Assembly (NCBI GenBank): GCA_047921155.1
Contig: JBLRWU010000001.1
Coordinates: 5,362-69,361, forward strand
Direction: 5' to 3'
Length of the DNA stretch: 64,000 nt
Source of the DNA: Desulfurivibrio sp.
Lineage (GTDB): Bacteria; Desulfobacterota; Desulfobulbia; Desulfobulbales; Desulfurivibrionaceae
Shown piece by piece: positions 1 to 8,882 of this stretch. Numbering within the stretch: position 1 is the stretch's first letter; each line of letters begins with the position of its first letter. The position numbers and the translations under genes were made by a program. Under the pieces are notes generated by a model. That model was given only the letters and a program-made list of their open reading frames with translations, had not been told where the DNA came from and made no database searches.

Positions 1-690
1 GATCCCCCGGATATTGTTTTCCAGGATGCTGTTGATCTCCCCCACCGCCCGGCGGGCCTTGCGGTACTGGGGCTGAACCCGGGTGGCGAAAAAACGGACG
101 GCGACCATGGCCACCGGCAGCGGAGTGATCAGCAGCAGGGCCAGGCGCCAGTCCAGCCAGAGGAGAAAACCGTAAACCCCGACAAAGGTGATCACCAGCC
201 GGACGATGTTGGTGGTCACATCGGAGAAAAAATGCTCCAGGTTATCCACGTCGTTGGAGGCCACCGCCAGCAGATCCCCGGTTTGCCGCTCCTCGAAAAA
301 ACCGGCGTCCAGGGTTTGCATCCGGGCGTAGACCGCCAGGCGGATATCATGGCGCACCTCCTGGGCCATGGAGTCCAGGCAGTAGTCGCTGATGCTTTGA
401 AAAACCGCCAGGGCCAGAAAGGTTCCCAGCACCGCCAGGCCGAACCAGATAAAAACGCCCGGGGCCGTCTCGCCGGCGCCCCGGGCGGCGATGGCGTCCA
501 CCACCCAGCCGATCAGGACCAGGGGCAGCAGATCGAAAAGGCGGGCCAGGGCATTGAGGGCCAGGCCGATGCCGATCCGGACCTTGTAGGGAGCGACAAA
601 GGGAAAGATCTTCCAGAGGTAATGACCCAGGGTGGCGGCATGGCCCTGATCCTGATCCGGGCTCTGGTCGTGGTTGGTTATGGAAGTCAC
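1..690 (-). CDS. ABC transporter fused permease/ATP-binding protein (MsbA-like exporter), N-terminal part; runs off the window start
   Basis: Translated by hand (not in the ORF track). GTG at 690 gives ...YLWKIFPFVAPYKVRIGIGLALNALARLFDLLPLVLIGWVVD...RMQTLDAGFFEERQTGDLLAVASNDVDNLE...ENNIRGI, a typical ABC transmembrane type-1 domain. Confidence 0.85.
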   Translation of the reverse strand, partial: MTSITNHDQSPDQDQGHAATLGHYLWKIFPFVAPYKVRIGIGLALNALARLFDLLPLVLIGWVVDAIAARGAGETAPGVFIWFGLAVLGTFLALAVFQSISDYCLDSMAQEVRHDIRLAVYARMQTLDAGFFEERQTGDLLAVASNDVDNLEHFFSDVTTNIVRLVITFVGVYGFLLWLDWRLALLLITPLPVAMVAVRFFATRVQPQYRKARRAVGEINSILENNIRGI

Positions 691-708
691 GGTCGATCCG
701 GTTAATGC

Positions 709-1776
709 TTAACTGCGCCAGCCGGCGAAAACTTCGTCGGCCAGGGGCGTTGCTTCCAGTTCCCGCAGGCTGCGTCCCGCCGTCTCGGCCTGGACCACCG
801 CCCGGCCCTGAGCGCGATAGGTTTTGCCGGCATAGCGCAGCACCAGGCCGGCGGCGGCGGCCAGATCCTGTTCCTCCTGTTCCTCCTGTTCCTCCTGTTC
901 CTGCCGGCCGGCCGCTTGCGGCAAGGCGGGCGGCCGGCGCAGGAGGGCGGTGGGCCCGGGATGATCCCGCAGATTGAGAAGCCAGTCGGAGGGCAGGGCC
1001 AGGGTTTGCAGGCGGTCATTTTCCGGCTCACTGCGCCCCAGCACCAGCCAGGCGCCGCTGGGCAAACGCATGACCCGGCCGGCCAGCAACAGACGGATAT
1101 CCTCGGCGGCCGGAATCTTCCCGGCCAGGGCGGTCTCGCCATAGAGTCCCCTGATCCGCTTGGCCAGGTTGGGATCGGTGAGGACACAGCCGCCGCCGGG
1201 GCTTTCATAATCCACAATCCCGAAACGGGCCGCCAGTTCGATCTGGGGGGTGCGGTTGCGGCCCCGAAAGGCCAGCAGGCTGTCCCGGTCCACCAGCCCC
1301 TCCCGCTCCGGCCTGGTAGGGGGGAGATGGCGGGCGCTGAGCGGCCGCAGCAGCAGATCATCGCAACCGCTGTCCCGTTCGATCACCCGCAGGGTATCGC
1401 GGCGCTGGGACATGGGCCGCTGGCCCAAAACCTCGCCGGAGATCAGAAAGGAGGCGTCAAGCTCCGTCAGCATCCGCAGGGCTTCGCCCATCAGCATGAT
1501 CTTGCAGTCGACACAGGGATTGAAATTCTTGCCGTAGCCGTGGGCCGGGGCCGCCAGCATCCGCAGATAGGGTTCGGTGAGATCGCGCAGCAGCACCTCG
1601 ATCCCGTAGCGTCGCCGGATTTCGGCCCGATAGCCTTCGGGATCGGCCAGCAGGGCCGCGCCGAAGAAGGGGGTGACGAACTTGACCGCCACCACCCGGA
1701 TCCCCTGCTCCATGATCAGACGGCAGGCCAGGGTGCTGTCCAGGCCCCCGGAGTAGAGGGCTAAGGCGGTGGTCAT
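709..1776 (-). CDS. PP-loop tRNA sulfurtransferase-like protein (ThiI/MnmA-related, CxxC...C type)
   Basis: N-terminal SGGLDS PP-loop, NPCVDC, GEVLGQRPMSQ and PGGGCVLTD motifs. Start overlaps the recN stop. Confidence 0.75.
   Translation of the reverse strand: MTTALALYSGGLDSTLACRLIMEQGIRVVAVKFVTPFFGAALLADPEGYRAEIRRRYGIEVLLRDLTEPYLRMLAAPAHGYGKNFNPCVDCKIMLMGEALRMLTELDASFLISGEVLGQRPMSQRRDTLRVIERDSGCDDLLLRPLSARHLPPTRPEREGLVDRDSLLAFRGRNRTPQIELAARFGIVDYESPGGGCVLTDPNLAKRIRGLYGETALAGKIPAAEDIRLLLAGRVMRLPSGAWLVLGRSEPENDRLQTLALPSDWLLNLRDHPGPTALLRRPPALPQAAGRQEQEEQEEQEEQDLAAAAGLVLRYAGKTYRAQGRAVVQAETAGRSLRELEATPLADEVFAGWRS
866..901. repeat. In-frame tandem repeat, 4 x TCCTGTTCC
   Basis: Four perfect 9-bp copies read directly; they encode the EQEEQEEQEEQ tract. 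Confidence 0.9.
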
Positions 1777-3476
1777 TTCGGGGTTTTCCTTTTGCTGGCC
1801 AGCAGCTCGCTGGCGTATTCCATGGTTTTGGCGGTCACCCCGTCCCCGGCCAGCATCCGGGCCAGTTCGGCGGGACGCTCCTCTTCGGCCAGCCGCACCA
1901 CCTCGGTGATGGTGCGCTCGCCGCTGGCCCTTTTGCGGACCACATAATGATCATCGGCCCCGGCGGCGATCTGGGGCAGATGGGTGATGCAGAGCACCTG
2001 ATGGTGGCCGGCCAGCTCGCGGATCTTGCGGGCCACCGACTCGGCGGTCTTGCCGCTGATGCCGGCATCCACCTCGTCGAAAATCACGCTCTCCACCTTG
2101 TCCTGGCGAGCCAGAATCGATTTCAGGGCCAGCATCAGGCGGGAAAGCTCCCCTCCCGAGGCCACCTTGGCCACCGGCTTCAGGGGCTCGCCGGGATTGG
2201 CGGAGAAGACAAATTCGGGCCGATCCCAACCCAGACGGGTCAGATGCTCAACCTCGGAGATCTCCGGCATATCCACGGCAAAACGGGCCTGCTCCAGGGC
2301 CAGCGAGGCCAGCTCCGCTCCCACCCGGCAGCAGAGATCCTCGGCCACCCGGCGGCGGGCGGCCGAGAGTTTAGCGGCCAGCAGCGCCAGCTCCTCCTCC
2401 AGTTCCGCCACCTCCCGGGCCAGCTCGCCCATGGCGGTTTCCAGATTTTCCAGGTTTTCCAGCTCCTGCCCGGCCTCTTCGGCAAAGGTCAGAACATCTT
2501 CCAGGGTGGGACCATACTTGCGTTTCAGGCGCTGCAACAAGTCGATCCGGGCGGTGACCCGATCAAGCCGGGCCTGATCGCTGGGTAGCTCCTGCAGGTA
2601 ACGGGAGATCTCCAGTTGGGCCTCTTCCAGGATAAAGGAGGACCCCGCCACCTCCTCGGCCAGCTTGGCCATCCCCCCATCCAGGGCCGCCATCTGTTCC
2701 AGGTTTTTGCGCACCGAGGCCAGGGGGCCGTTGATCTTGCCGGCCAGATCGGAGTAACAGTGCTGACCCAAGGCGATCAGGCTGTCGGAGGATTTCAGCC
2801 GGTCCCGCTCATCGAGCAGGAGTTGGTCCTCCCCCGGCTCCGGGGCGATCTCGGCGATCTCTTTGCATTGAAAGCTTAAAAAATCCCGCCGCTGCTCCTT
2901 GTCCTGCTCCCGGCTCTGCAGTTCGAGCAGCCGGGCCTTAACCGCCTGCCACTGATCGAAACGGGCGCTGAAGGCCCGTCGCTGTCCCAGCAGATCGCCG
3001 GCGGCGTCGATGCAGTCCAGGTGATAACGGGCCTGCAAAAGCTGTTGATGGTCGTGCTGGCTGGCCACGCTGAGCAGATGTTCCACGATGCCGCCGATGG
3101 TGGCGGCGGTGGCCATGGAACCATTGAGGTAAAAACGGCTTTTGCCCTTGGCGTTGATGATCCGCTTGACGATCAACTCGCCGGCCTCCCCGACGCCGGG
3201 AGCATCGTCAACGCTCACCACCCCGGCCGCCGCCAGCACCTTCAACAGTTCGCCGTGATCGGGATCGAACTCGAAAAAGGCCTCCACCGTGGCTTGATCG
3301 GCCCCGCTCCGCACCCAGTCCCCCGAGGCTCGGCCGCCGGCCAGCAGATGGATGGCCTGGAGGATGATCGACTTGCCCGCCCCGGTTTCACCGGTCAGGA
3401 CGATCAGCCCCGGCCCCGGGTTGAGCCGCAGCTCTTCAATCAGGGCGAGATTATTGATCCAGAGTTCTTTGAGCAT
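1773..3476 (-). CDS. recN: DNA repair protein RecN
   Basis: GETGAGKS Walker A, long coiled coil, ASGGELSR signature, FDEVDAG Walker B, ITHLPQIA. Confidence 0.97.
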   Translation of the reverse strand: MLKELWINNLALIEELRLNPGPGLIVLTGETGAGKSIILQAIHLLAGGRASGDWVRSGADQATVEAFFEFDPDHGELLKVLAAAGVVSVDDAPGVGEAGELIVKRIINAKGKSRFYLNGSMATAATIGGIVEHLLSVASQHDHQQLLQARYHLDCIDAAGDLLGQRRAFSARFDQWQAVKARLLELQSREQDKEQRRDFLSFQCKEIAEIAPEPGEDQLLLDERDRLKSSDSLIALGQHCYSDLAGKINGPLASVRKNLEQMAALDGGMAKLAEEVAGSSFILEEAQLEISRYLQELPSDQARLDRVTARIDLLQRLKRKYGPTLEDVLTFAEEAGQELENLENLETAMGELAREVAELEEELALLAAKLSAARRRVAEDLCCRVGAELASLALEQARFAVDMPEISEVEHLTRLGWDRPEFVFSANPGEPLKPVAKVASGGELSRLMLALKSILARQDKVESVIFDEVDAGISGKTAESVARKIRELAGHHQVLCITHLPQIAAGADDHYVVRKRASGERTITEVVRLAEEERPAELARMLAGDGVTAKTMEYASELLASKRKTPK

Positions 3477-3648
3477 CGGCCAAAGATACCGGATCTTTTT
3501 GGAATTGCAATAAAGGCTAACAAGTTATGGCGTTTTGCCCGCTTCATCGGTATCATACGCAGCAATGCAACTTTCAGGGCAGATTCGGTGTCTGCAGACC
3601 GACGGAAACCATTTTCTCCAACCAACCGGTAACCTTATTTTCATTTTC

Positions 3649-5106
3649 ATGACCGACCTTTTTCAATCCACCATGCAGAACCTGTTTCGGCGGCTAAAGA
3701 ACGCCAGGGCCGTGGTCTGCCTGCTGATTCTGGCCATCCTCCAGCCTCTCCCGGTCCAGGCCGTGAGCTTGCAGGATGAGCGGGAATTGGGTGAGCGGCT
3801 GCTGGTCCTGATTCGTAAAGAGTTCAAGCTGATCGACGAGCCGGATATCAGCACCTATATCCGGGGTCTGGGCCAGGAGATCCTGGGAGTGGCTGGCCCG
3901 CAGCCGTTCAATTACCACTTCTTTGTCATCAACAACCGGGAGTTCAACGCCTTTGCCGCCCCCTCCGGCCTGATCTTTATCCACTCCGGCCTGGTTGAGG
4001 CCAGTGACAGCGAGGGTGAGCTGATCAGCGTCATGGCCCATGAGGTTGGACATGCCGCCAGCCGGCACTACGCCGACCGTACGGACAAAATGCAGCGGGT
4101 CAACCTGGGTGCCACCGCCCTGGCCCTGGCCGGGATGATCCTGGGAGGGGGCAGCGCCCTGGGAGAGGCGGTGGTGGCCGGGTCCCTGGCCGGGGGTACC
4201 GCCATGGCCCTGCAGTTCAGCCGCCAGGATGAAGAGGAGGCCGACCGGCTGGCCTTCAGGTGGATGCAGGAGATGGGGCGAGACCCGGCCGAGATGCTGG
4301 GCATGCTGCGCACCATGCGCAGTATCAGTCGCTTTCGCCGGGCCCAATTACCCGCCTATCTGCTGACCCACCCGGAGCCGGAGCATCGGCTGTCCTATAT
4401 TGAGGACCGGCTCCATATGGACAAGGCCCCCATCCGTCCGCAACCACGGTTGAGTGATGCCGCTTTCGAGTTTCAGTTCCATCGGGTTCGTCAGCGAATC
4501 TTCTCTCTGACCCGTTCTTCCCAGGAGCTGCTGCCGGCTTTAAAGCACCGGCTGCGCGATGGTGACGAAGCTCCGGAAATTTTCATGGCCCGGTTCGGAC
4601 TTGCCCAGGCTTACCTGGCCGAACGCCAGTACGACCAGGCGATTGCCGAGATCAACAAGGTGATCGACCGTTTCCCGCAACAGCCCATTCTATTGGCCGA
4701 CCTGGCGATCATTCAATTTGAAGCCGGACGGCAGGAAACCGCCTTGGGCAACATGGCCCAAGCGGTCAAGCGGGATCCGGACAACCCCTACATCCTTTTT
4801 CACCGGGCCAGGATGTTCCAGCAGTTGGGGCGGATCGCCGACGCCCTGCCTATTTATGAACGCCTGCTGACCATGACCCCGGACCACGCCCGCCTCCATT
4901 TTCGCTACGGTCAGGCCCGTTCCGACCAGGGCGACCGGGCGGCAGGCCACTATCATCTCGGTCTCTACCACTGGTATGAAGGTGATGCGCGGATGGCCAG
5001 CCATCACCTCAATGAGGCGATTCGCCTGGATCCCGCCGCCGAAGAGGGAACCATCGGGCGGCAGGCCAAGGCCCAACTGGTCAATATCGCCCGGATGGAA
5101 AAATAG
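3649..5106 (+). CDS. M48 family metalloprotease with TPR repeats (BepA/YfgC-like)
   Basis: Signal peptide, NAFA, HEVGH zinc motif, FSRQDEEEAD, LLTHP and C-terminal TPRs. Start moved to ATG 3649 (3673 is an alternative). Confidence 0.88.
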   Translation: MTDLFQSTMQNLFRRLKNARAVVCLLILAILQPLPVQAVSLQDERELGERLLVLIRKEFKLIDEPDISTYIRGLGQEILGVAGPQPFNYHFFVINNREFNAFAAPSGLIFIHSGLVEASDSEGELISVMAHEVGHAASRHYADRTDKMQRVNLGATALALAGMILGGGSALGEAVVAGSLAGGTAMALQFSRQDEEEADRLAFRWMQEMGRDPAEMLGMLRTMRSISRFRRAQLPAYLLTHPEPEHRLSYIEDRLHMDKAPIRPQPRLSDAAFEFQFHRVRQRIFSLTRSSQELLPALKHRLRDGDEAPEIFMARFGLAQAYLAERQYDQAIAEINKVIDRFPQQPILLADLAIIQFEAGRQETALGNMAQAVKRDPDNPYILFHRARMFQQLGRIADALPIYERLLTMTPDHARLHFRYGQARSDQGDRAAGHYHLGLYHWYEGDARMASHHLNEAIRLDPAAEEGTIGRQAKAQLVNIARMEK

Positions 5107-5115
5107 GAGTCGGGA

Positions 5116-7350
5116 ATGTGGCAGCCCAACGATATCGTCCTCGACCATTACCGGGTCGAAACGGTGGCGGCCGATCCCACCGGTGAGGGTGGCGCTCTTT
5201 ATGGCTGCCGACATCTCTCCCGACCCTTTCGGGCCCTGTTGGAAACCCCGCCGCCCCGTTTGTTGACCAGCCCCGCCGGCTTGCGACAGATCATCACCCG
5301 GGCCGAACAGCGGATCCGGCTGGGCATGCATCCCAATTTGGCCGCTGCCTTTAATCTTCGTTTTACCCGGCGGCTGCCGGTGCTGATCGGTGAAGCGGTG
5401 GCCGGCGAGAGCCTGGCGGAGCGGCTGGCCGCCAAGGGCTGCGGCCATTATCCCCGGATCGATCTTTCCCTGGCGATCCAGTTTTGCCACGCCCTGGAAT
5501 ATTGTCACCATCTGGGGATCATCCACGGACGGCTCAGCCCGGCGGCGATCACGATCACCCCCAACTCCCTGCTTAAGGTAACCGGCTTCGGCCTGGCCGG
5601 GGCCGACGAACAACTGGAGCCGAGCCGGCTGCAAGCCCTGATCAGTGAGGATATCAGGGCGTTCGGCATCTGCCTGTGGCAGATCTTCTGTGCCACCCCT
5701 CCCTACATCGACCGTAAACGGCCCGGTAAACCGCAGCCGGTAAATCCCGCCCTCACCTTCCCGGTGCCGCTCCAGGTGGCCCTGTTGCGGAGCACCGCCA
5801 GCGATTCGGCCCGGCGCTACCGTAACTTTGCCGAACTGCGCCGTGATCTCAACCTGGCCTACCGGGAACTGTTTAAAATCCCCTGCCCCTACTTTGCAGC
5901 GCCTCACTCCGATTACCGGGCGGAAATCCTCAACAACCAGGCGGTGATGCTGCTGGAGGAGGGGAAAGAGCGGGCTGCGGCCCAAAAACTGGCCCGCAGT
6001 CTCGAGATCAACGATACCCTGCCGGAGGCGGTCCACAACGACCTGCTCTGCCGCTGGCGGCTGGCCGGGGCTGCTCCGGCCCGGATCCTCGGCCGCATCC
6101 AAGCCAATTACCGACCGCAACTGGAACAGCCCGGCCTGGTGGAGCTGGAGCGGGCGGTCACGTTACAGCTCTCCGGGCTCAAGGACGATCCCGACAAGCC
6201 GGGCCCCCAATTTCGGATGATCGCTCCTGCCGACCGGCTGGCCGTGTACCGCCACGGCCCGTCCCGGAGGAACTTGGAGAAAAATATTAGCGACCATCTT
6301 CGGCAGCGGCGTTACCAGGCGTGTTACGATCTCCTGCTGGCGGCCTGGAGCCGGACCGGATTCCACAAGGATAAATTCTACAACCGGATTTACGGGGAGC
6401 TGCTGATGGTCCGGGAGAAGAAGCAACCACTCCAGGCCCAGCGCTTCCTTAAACTGAGCGGCCACCAAAGCCCGGTGATCGCCCTGGCCACCATTCCCTG
6501 CAGCCGCCGGATCGCTTCCCTGGGCGCCGACGGGCGGCTGATTATCCACGACCTGGAGAGCAGCGGCAAACCCAAGCTGGTGGAAAACCGGGAACTGAAG
6601 GCAACCTGCATGGCGGTCTGTCCTGAAGGTAAGCACCTGGCGATGGGCGACCGCGAAGGCTCAGTCCGCCTGCTTTCCCCCCGCGACGGCGAAGTAACGG
6701 GCCAGGGCCAGCGCCACCCTGCAGCGGTAGGCGCCCTGACCTTCAGCCACGACGGCAAACTGCTGGCTTCCGGTGGCGAGGACGGCAGCATCATGGTGCG
6801 CCGGCTCTCCACCGGCAGCGAACACCAGGCCTCCCCGGCCGCCGGCGGCTCCATCCGCGCCCTGCTCTACCCGGGCGACGGCCTGGAACTGATCTCCGGT
6901 GGCGAGGACGGGGTTGTTCGCGCCTGGAAAAGCCGACTGCGGGAGTGTGCCGCCACCATCAACGCCCATGCCGGTCCCCTGAACGCCCTGGCCGCCGTCG
7001 GCGGGACCGAGGGGGAGAATCTGCTGATCTCCGCCGGGGATGATTGCTTGATCAAGATCTGGCAGCGGCCCGACGACAAATGCCGCCAAACCCTGGCGGG
7101 CCACGGGGAACGGATTCGCGCCCTCCATACCCTGGCCGACGACCAAACCCTGATCTCCGCCGGCGAGGACGACCTGATCCGGATCTGGGATCTGACCGAC
7201 GGCGCCAATCTCTTCACCCTGGATGGCCGGGGCGACGGGGTCTGCAGCCTGGGCCGGGGCCCGCGCCCCCACACCTTTCTGGCCGGACGGGCCGACGGCA
7301 TCATCAATATCTGGATGCTGATCCATCAACTTGATTTCGACCTTATCTGA
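5116..7350 (+). CDS. Degenerate Ser/Thr kinase-like domain + TPR-like region + WD40 repeats
   Basis: MHPNL, IIHGRLSPAAI, KVTGFGLA and DIRAFG match kinase subdomains. The C-terminus has repeated GH...SxGxDxxIxxW WD40 units. Confidence 0.8.
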   Translation: MWQPNDIVLDHYRVETVAADPTGEGGALYGCRHLSRPFRALLETPPPRLLTSPAGLRQIITRAEQRIRLGMHPNLAAAFNLRFTRRLPVLIGEAVAGESLAERLAAKGCGHYPRIDLSLAIQFCHALEYCHHLGIIHGRLSPAAITITPNSLLKVTGFGLAGADEQLEPSRLQALISEDIRAFGICLWQIFCATPPYIDRKRPGKPQPVNPALTFPVPLQVALLRSTASDSARRYRNFAELRRDLNLAYRELFKIPCPYFAAPHSDYRAEILNNQAVMLLEEGKERAAAQKLARSLEINDTLPEAVHNDLLCRWRLAGAAPARILGRIQANYRPQLEQPGLVELERAVTLQLSGLKDDPDKPGPQFRMIAPADRLAVYRHGPSRRNLEKNISDHLRQRRYQACYDLLLAAWSRTGFHKDKFYNRIYGELLMVREKKQPLQAQRFLKLSGHQSPVIALATIPCSRRIASLGADGRLIIHDLESSGKPKLVENRELKATCMAVCPEGKHLAMGDREGSVRLLSPRDGEVTGQGQRHPAAVGALTFSHDGKLLASGGEDGSIMVRRLSTGSEHQASPAAGGSIRALLYPGDGLELISGGEDGVVRAWKSRLRECAATINAHAGPLNALAAVGGTEGENLLISAGDDCLIKIWQRPDDKCRQTLAGHGERIRALHTLADDQTLISAGEDDLIRIWDLTDGANLFTLDGRGDGVCSLGRGPRPHTFLAGRADGIINIWMLIHQLDFDLI

Positions 7351-7353
7351 GCC

Positions 7354-8691
7354 ATGACCACTCCCGACCCCAATATCCCGCTGGCCGAGAGAATGCGGCC
7401 CGACAGCCTGGCCGAGTTTGTCGGGCAGCGCCACCTGCTCGACGACGATAAACTGCTCGGCGGCCTGCTGCGCTCGGGCCACCTGCCCTCCCTGCTGCTC
7501 TGGGGCCCGCCGGGCTCGGGCAAAACCACCCTGGCCCGCCTGCTGGCTCGCAACAGCGGGGCGGATTTCATCTTCTTTTCCGCGGTACTCTCCGGGGTCA
7601 AGGAGATCCGGGAGATTGTCGAGCGCAGCCGGCTACGCAAGGAGGAATCGGGCCGGGGCTGCGTCCTCTTTGTCGACGAGATTCACCGCTTCAACAAAAG
7701 CCAGCAGGATGCCTTTCTGCCCCACGTCGAGGCCGGGTTGATCACGCTGATCGGCGCCACCACCGAAAACCCCTCCTTCCAGGTAATCGCCCCCCTGCTC
7801 TCCCGTTGCCGGGTGCTGGTCCTCAATCCCCTGGGACCGCAGGAGCTGGAACAGATTCTGCGGTCCGCCCTGGCCGACCGCTCGCGGGGGCTGGGCGAAC
7901 TGGGCCTGACCATCAGCGATGAAGCGGCCGCCCATCTGGTCGGGATCGCCGATGGTGACGCCCGCAATCTCCTCAACAGCCTGGAGATCGCCGCCGCCCT
8001 GGCCGCCGACCGGCATGGCGAGCAAGGGGCGGCCAGGGAAGCCGGGGTGATCGAACTGGCCACGGTGGAGGAGGCCCTGCAACGCAAGAGCCTGCGCTAC
8101 GACGCCGACGGTGAGGAGCATTACAACCTGATCTCCGCTCTGCACAAAAGCCTGCGGGACAGCGATCCCGATGGGGCCCTCTACTGGCTGGTCCGGATGC
8201 TGATGGCCGGCGAAGAGCCACTCTATATCGCCCGCCGCCTGATCCGATTCGCCTCCGAGGATATCGGGCTGGCCGACCCCCAGGCCCTGGCCCTGACCAT
8301 GCAGGCCCGGGAGGCCTATCATCTGCTGGGCAGCCCCGAGGGTGAGCTGGCCCTGGCCCAGGCCACGGTCTATCTGGCCACCGCCCCCAAGAGCAATGCG
8401 GTTTATGCCGCCTACAACCAGGTTCGGGGAGCCATCCGTCGCACCGGCACCCTGGCGGTGCCCCTCAATCTGCGCAACGCCCCCACCAGGCTGATGCGGG
8501 AGCTGGGCTACGGCAAGGATTATCAGTATGCCCATGACGATCGCCTGGGCCTGGTCGATCAGCAGCATCTGCCCGACGATTTGCAGGGGAGCAGCTTTTA
8601 CCAACCCACCAATCGGGGCTACGAAGCGCTGGTCAAAGATCGCCTGGAGAAGTGGCGAAAAATCCTGGCTCAGCGAAAACCAAAGCCATAA
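7354..8691 (+). CDS. rarA: Replication-associated recombination protein A (MgsA/RarA AAA+ ATPase)
   Basis: PLAERMRP, GPPGSGKTT, DEIHRF, GATTENPSF, ASEDIGLADP, PKSN. Confidence 0.96.
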   Translation: MTTPDPNIPLAERMRPDSLAEFVGQRHLLDDDKLLGGLLRSGHLPSLLLWGPPGSGKTTLARLLARNSGADFIFFSAVLSGVKEIREIVERSRLRKEESGRGCVLFVDEIHRFNKSQQDAFLPHVEAGLITLIGATTENPSFQVIAPLLSRCRVLVLNPLGPQELEQILRSALADRSRGLGELGLTISDEAAAHLVGIADGDARNLLNSLEIAAALAADRHGEQGAAREAGVIELATVEEALQRKSLRYDADGEEHYNLISALHKSLRDSDPDGALYWLVRMLMAGEEPLYIARRLIRFASEDIGLADPQALALTMQAREAYHLLGSPEGELALAQATVYLATAPKSNAVYAAYNQVRGAIRRTGTLAVPLNLRNAPTRLMRELGYGKDYQYAHDDRLGLVDQQHLPDDLQGSSFYQPTNRGYEALVKDRLEKWRKILAQRKPKP

Positions 8692-8882
8692 CTCCTTGAT
8701 ATTTGGAACTAAAACCCTCGTTATTCCAACCAAAAAACAATAAAAAATAATGTTTGTTTAACAGTGAGAATTTTCTTTTATTTTTCAACCCGTTACCTTA
8801 TATTCAATTATTAATTAAAATTACAGCAATGGCATAAGTAGAGGTTATAACCTCTGTTTCACATCGAGCCTCACTGAGGACC

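Noticed and set aside
8830-8845. TGGCAT as a sigma-54 -24 box before the GGDEF-EAL gene
   Set aside because: The -12 position reads GG rather than GC and there is no TTGC.
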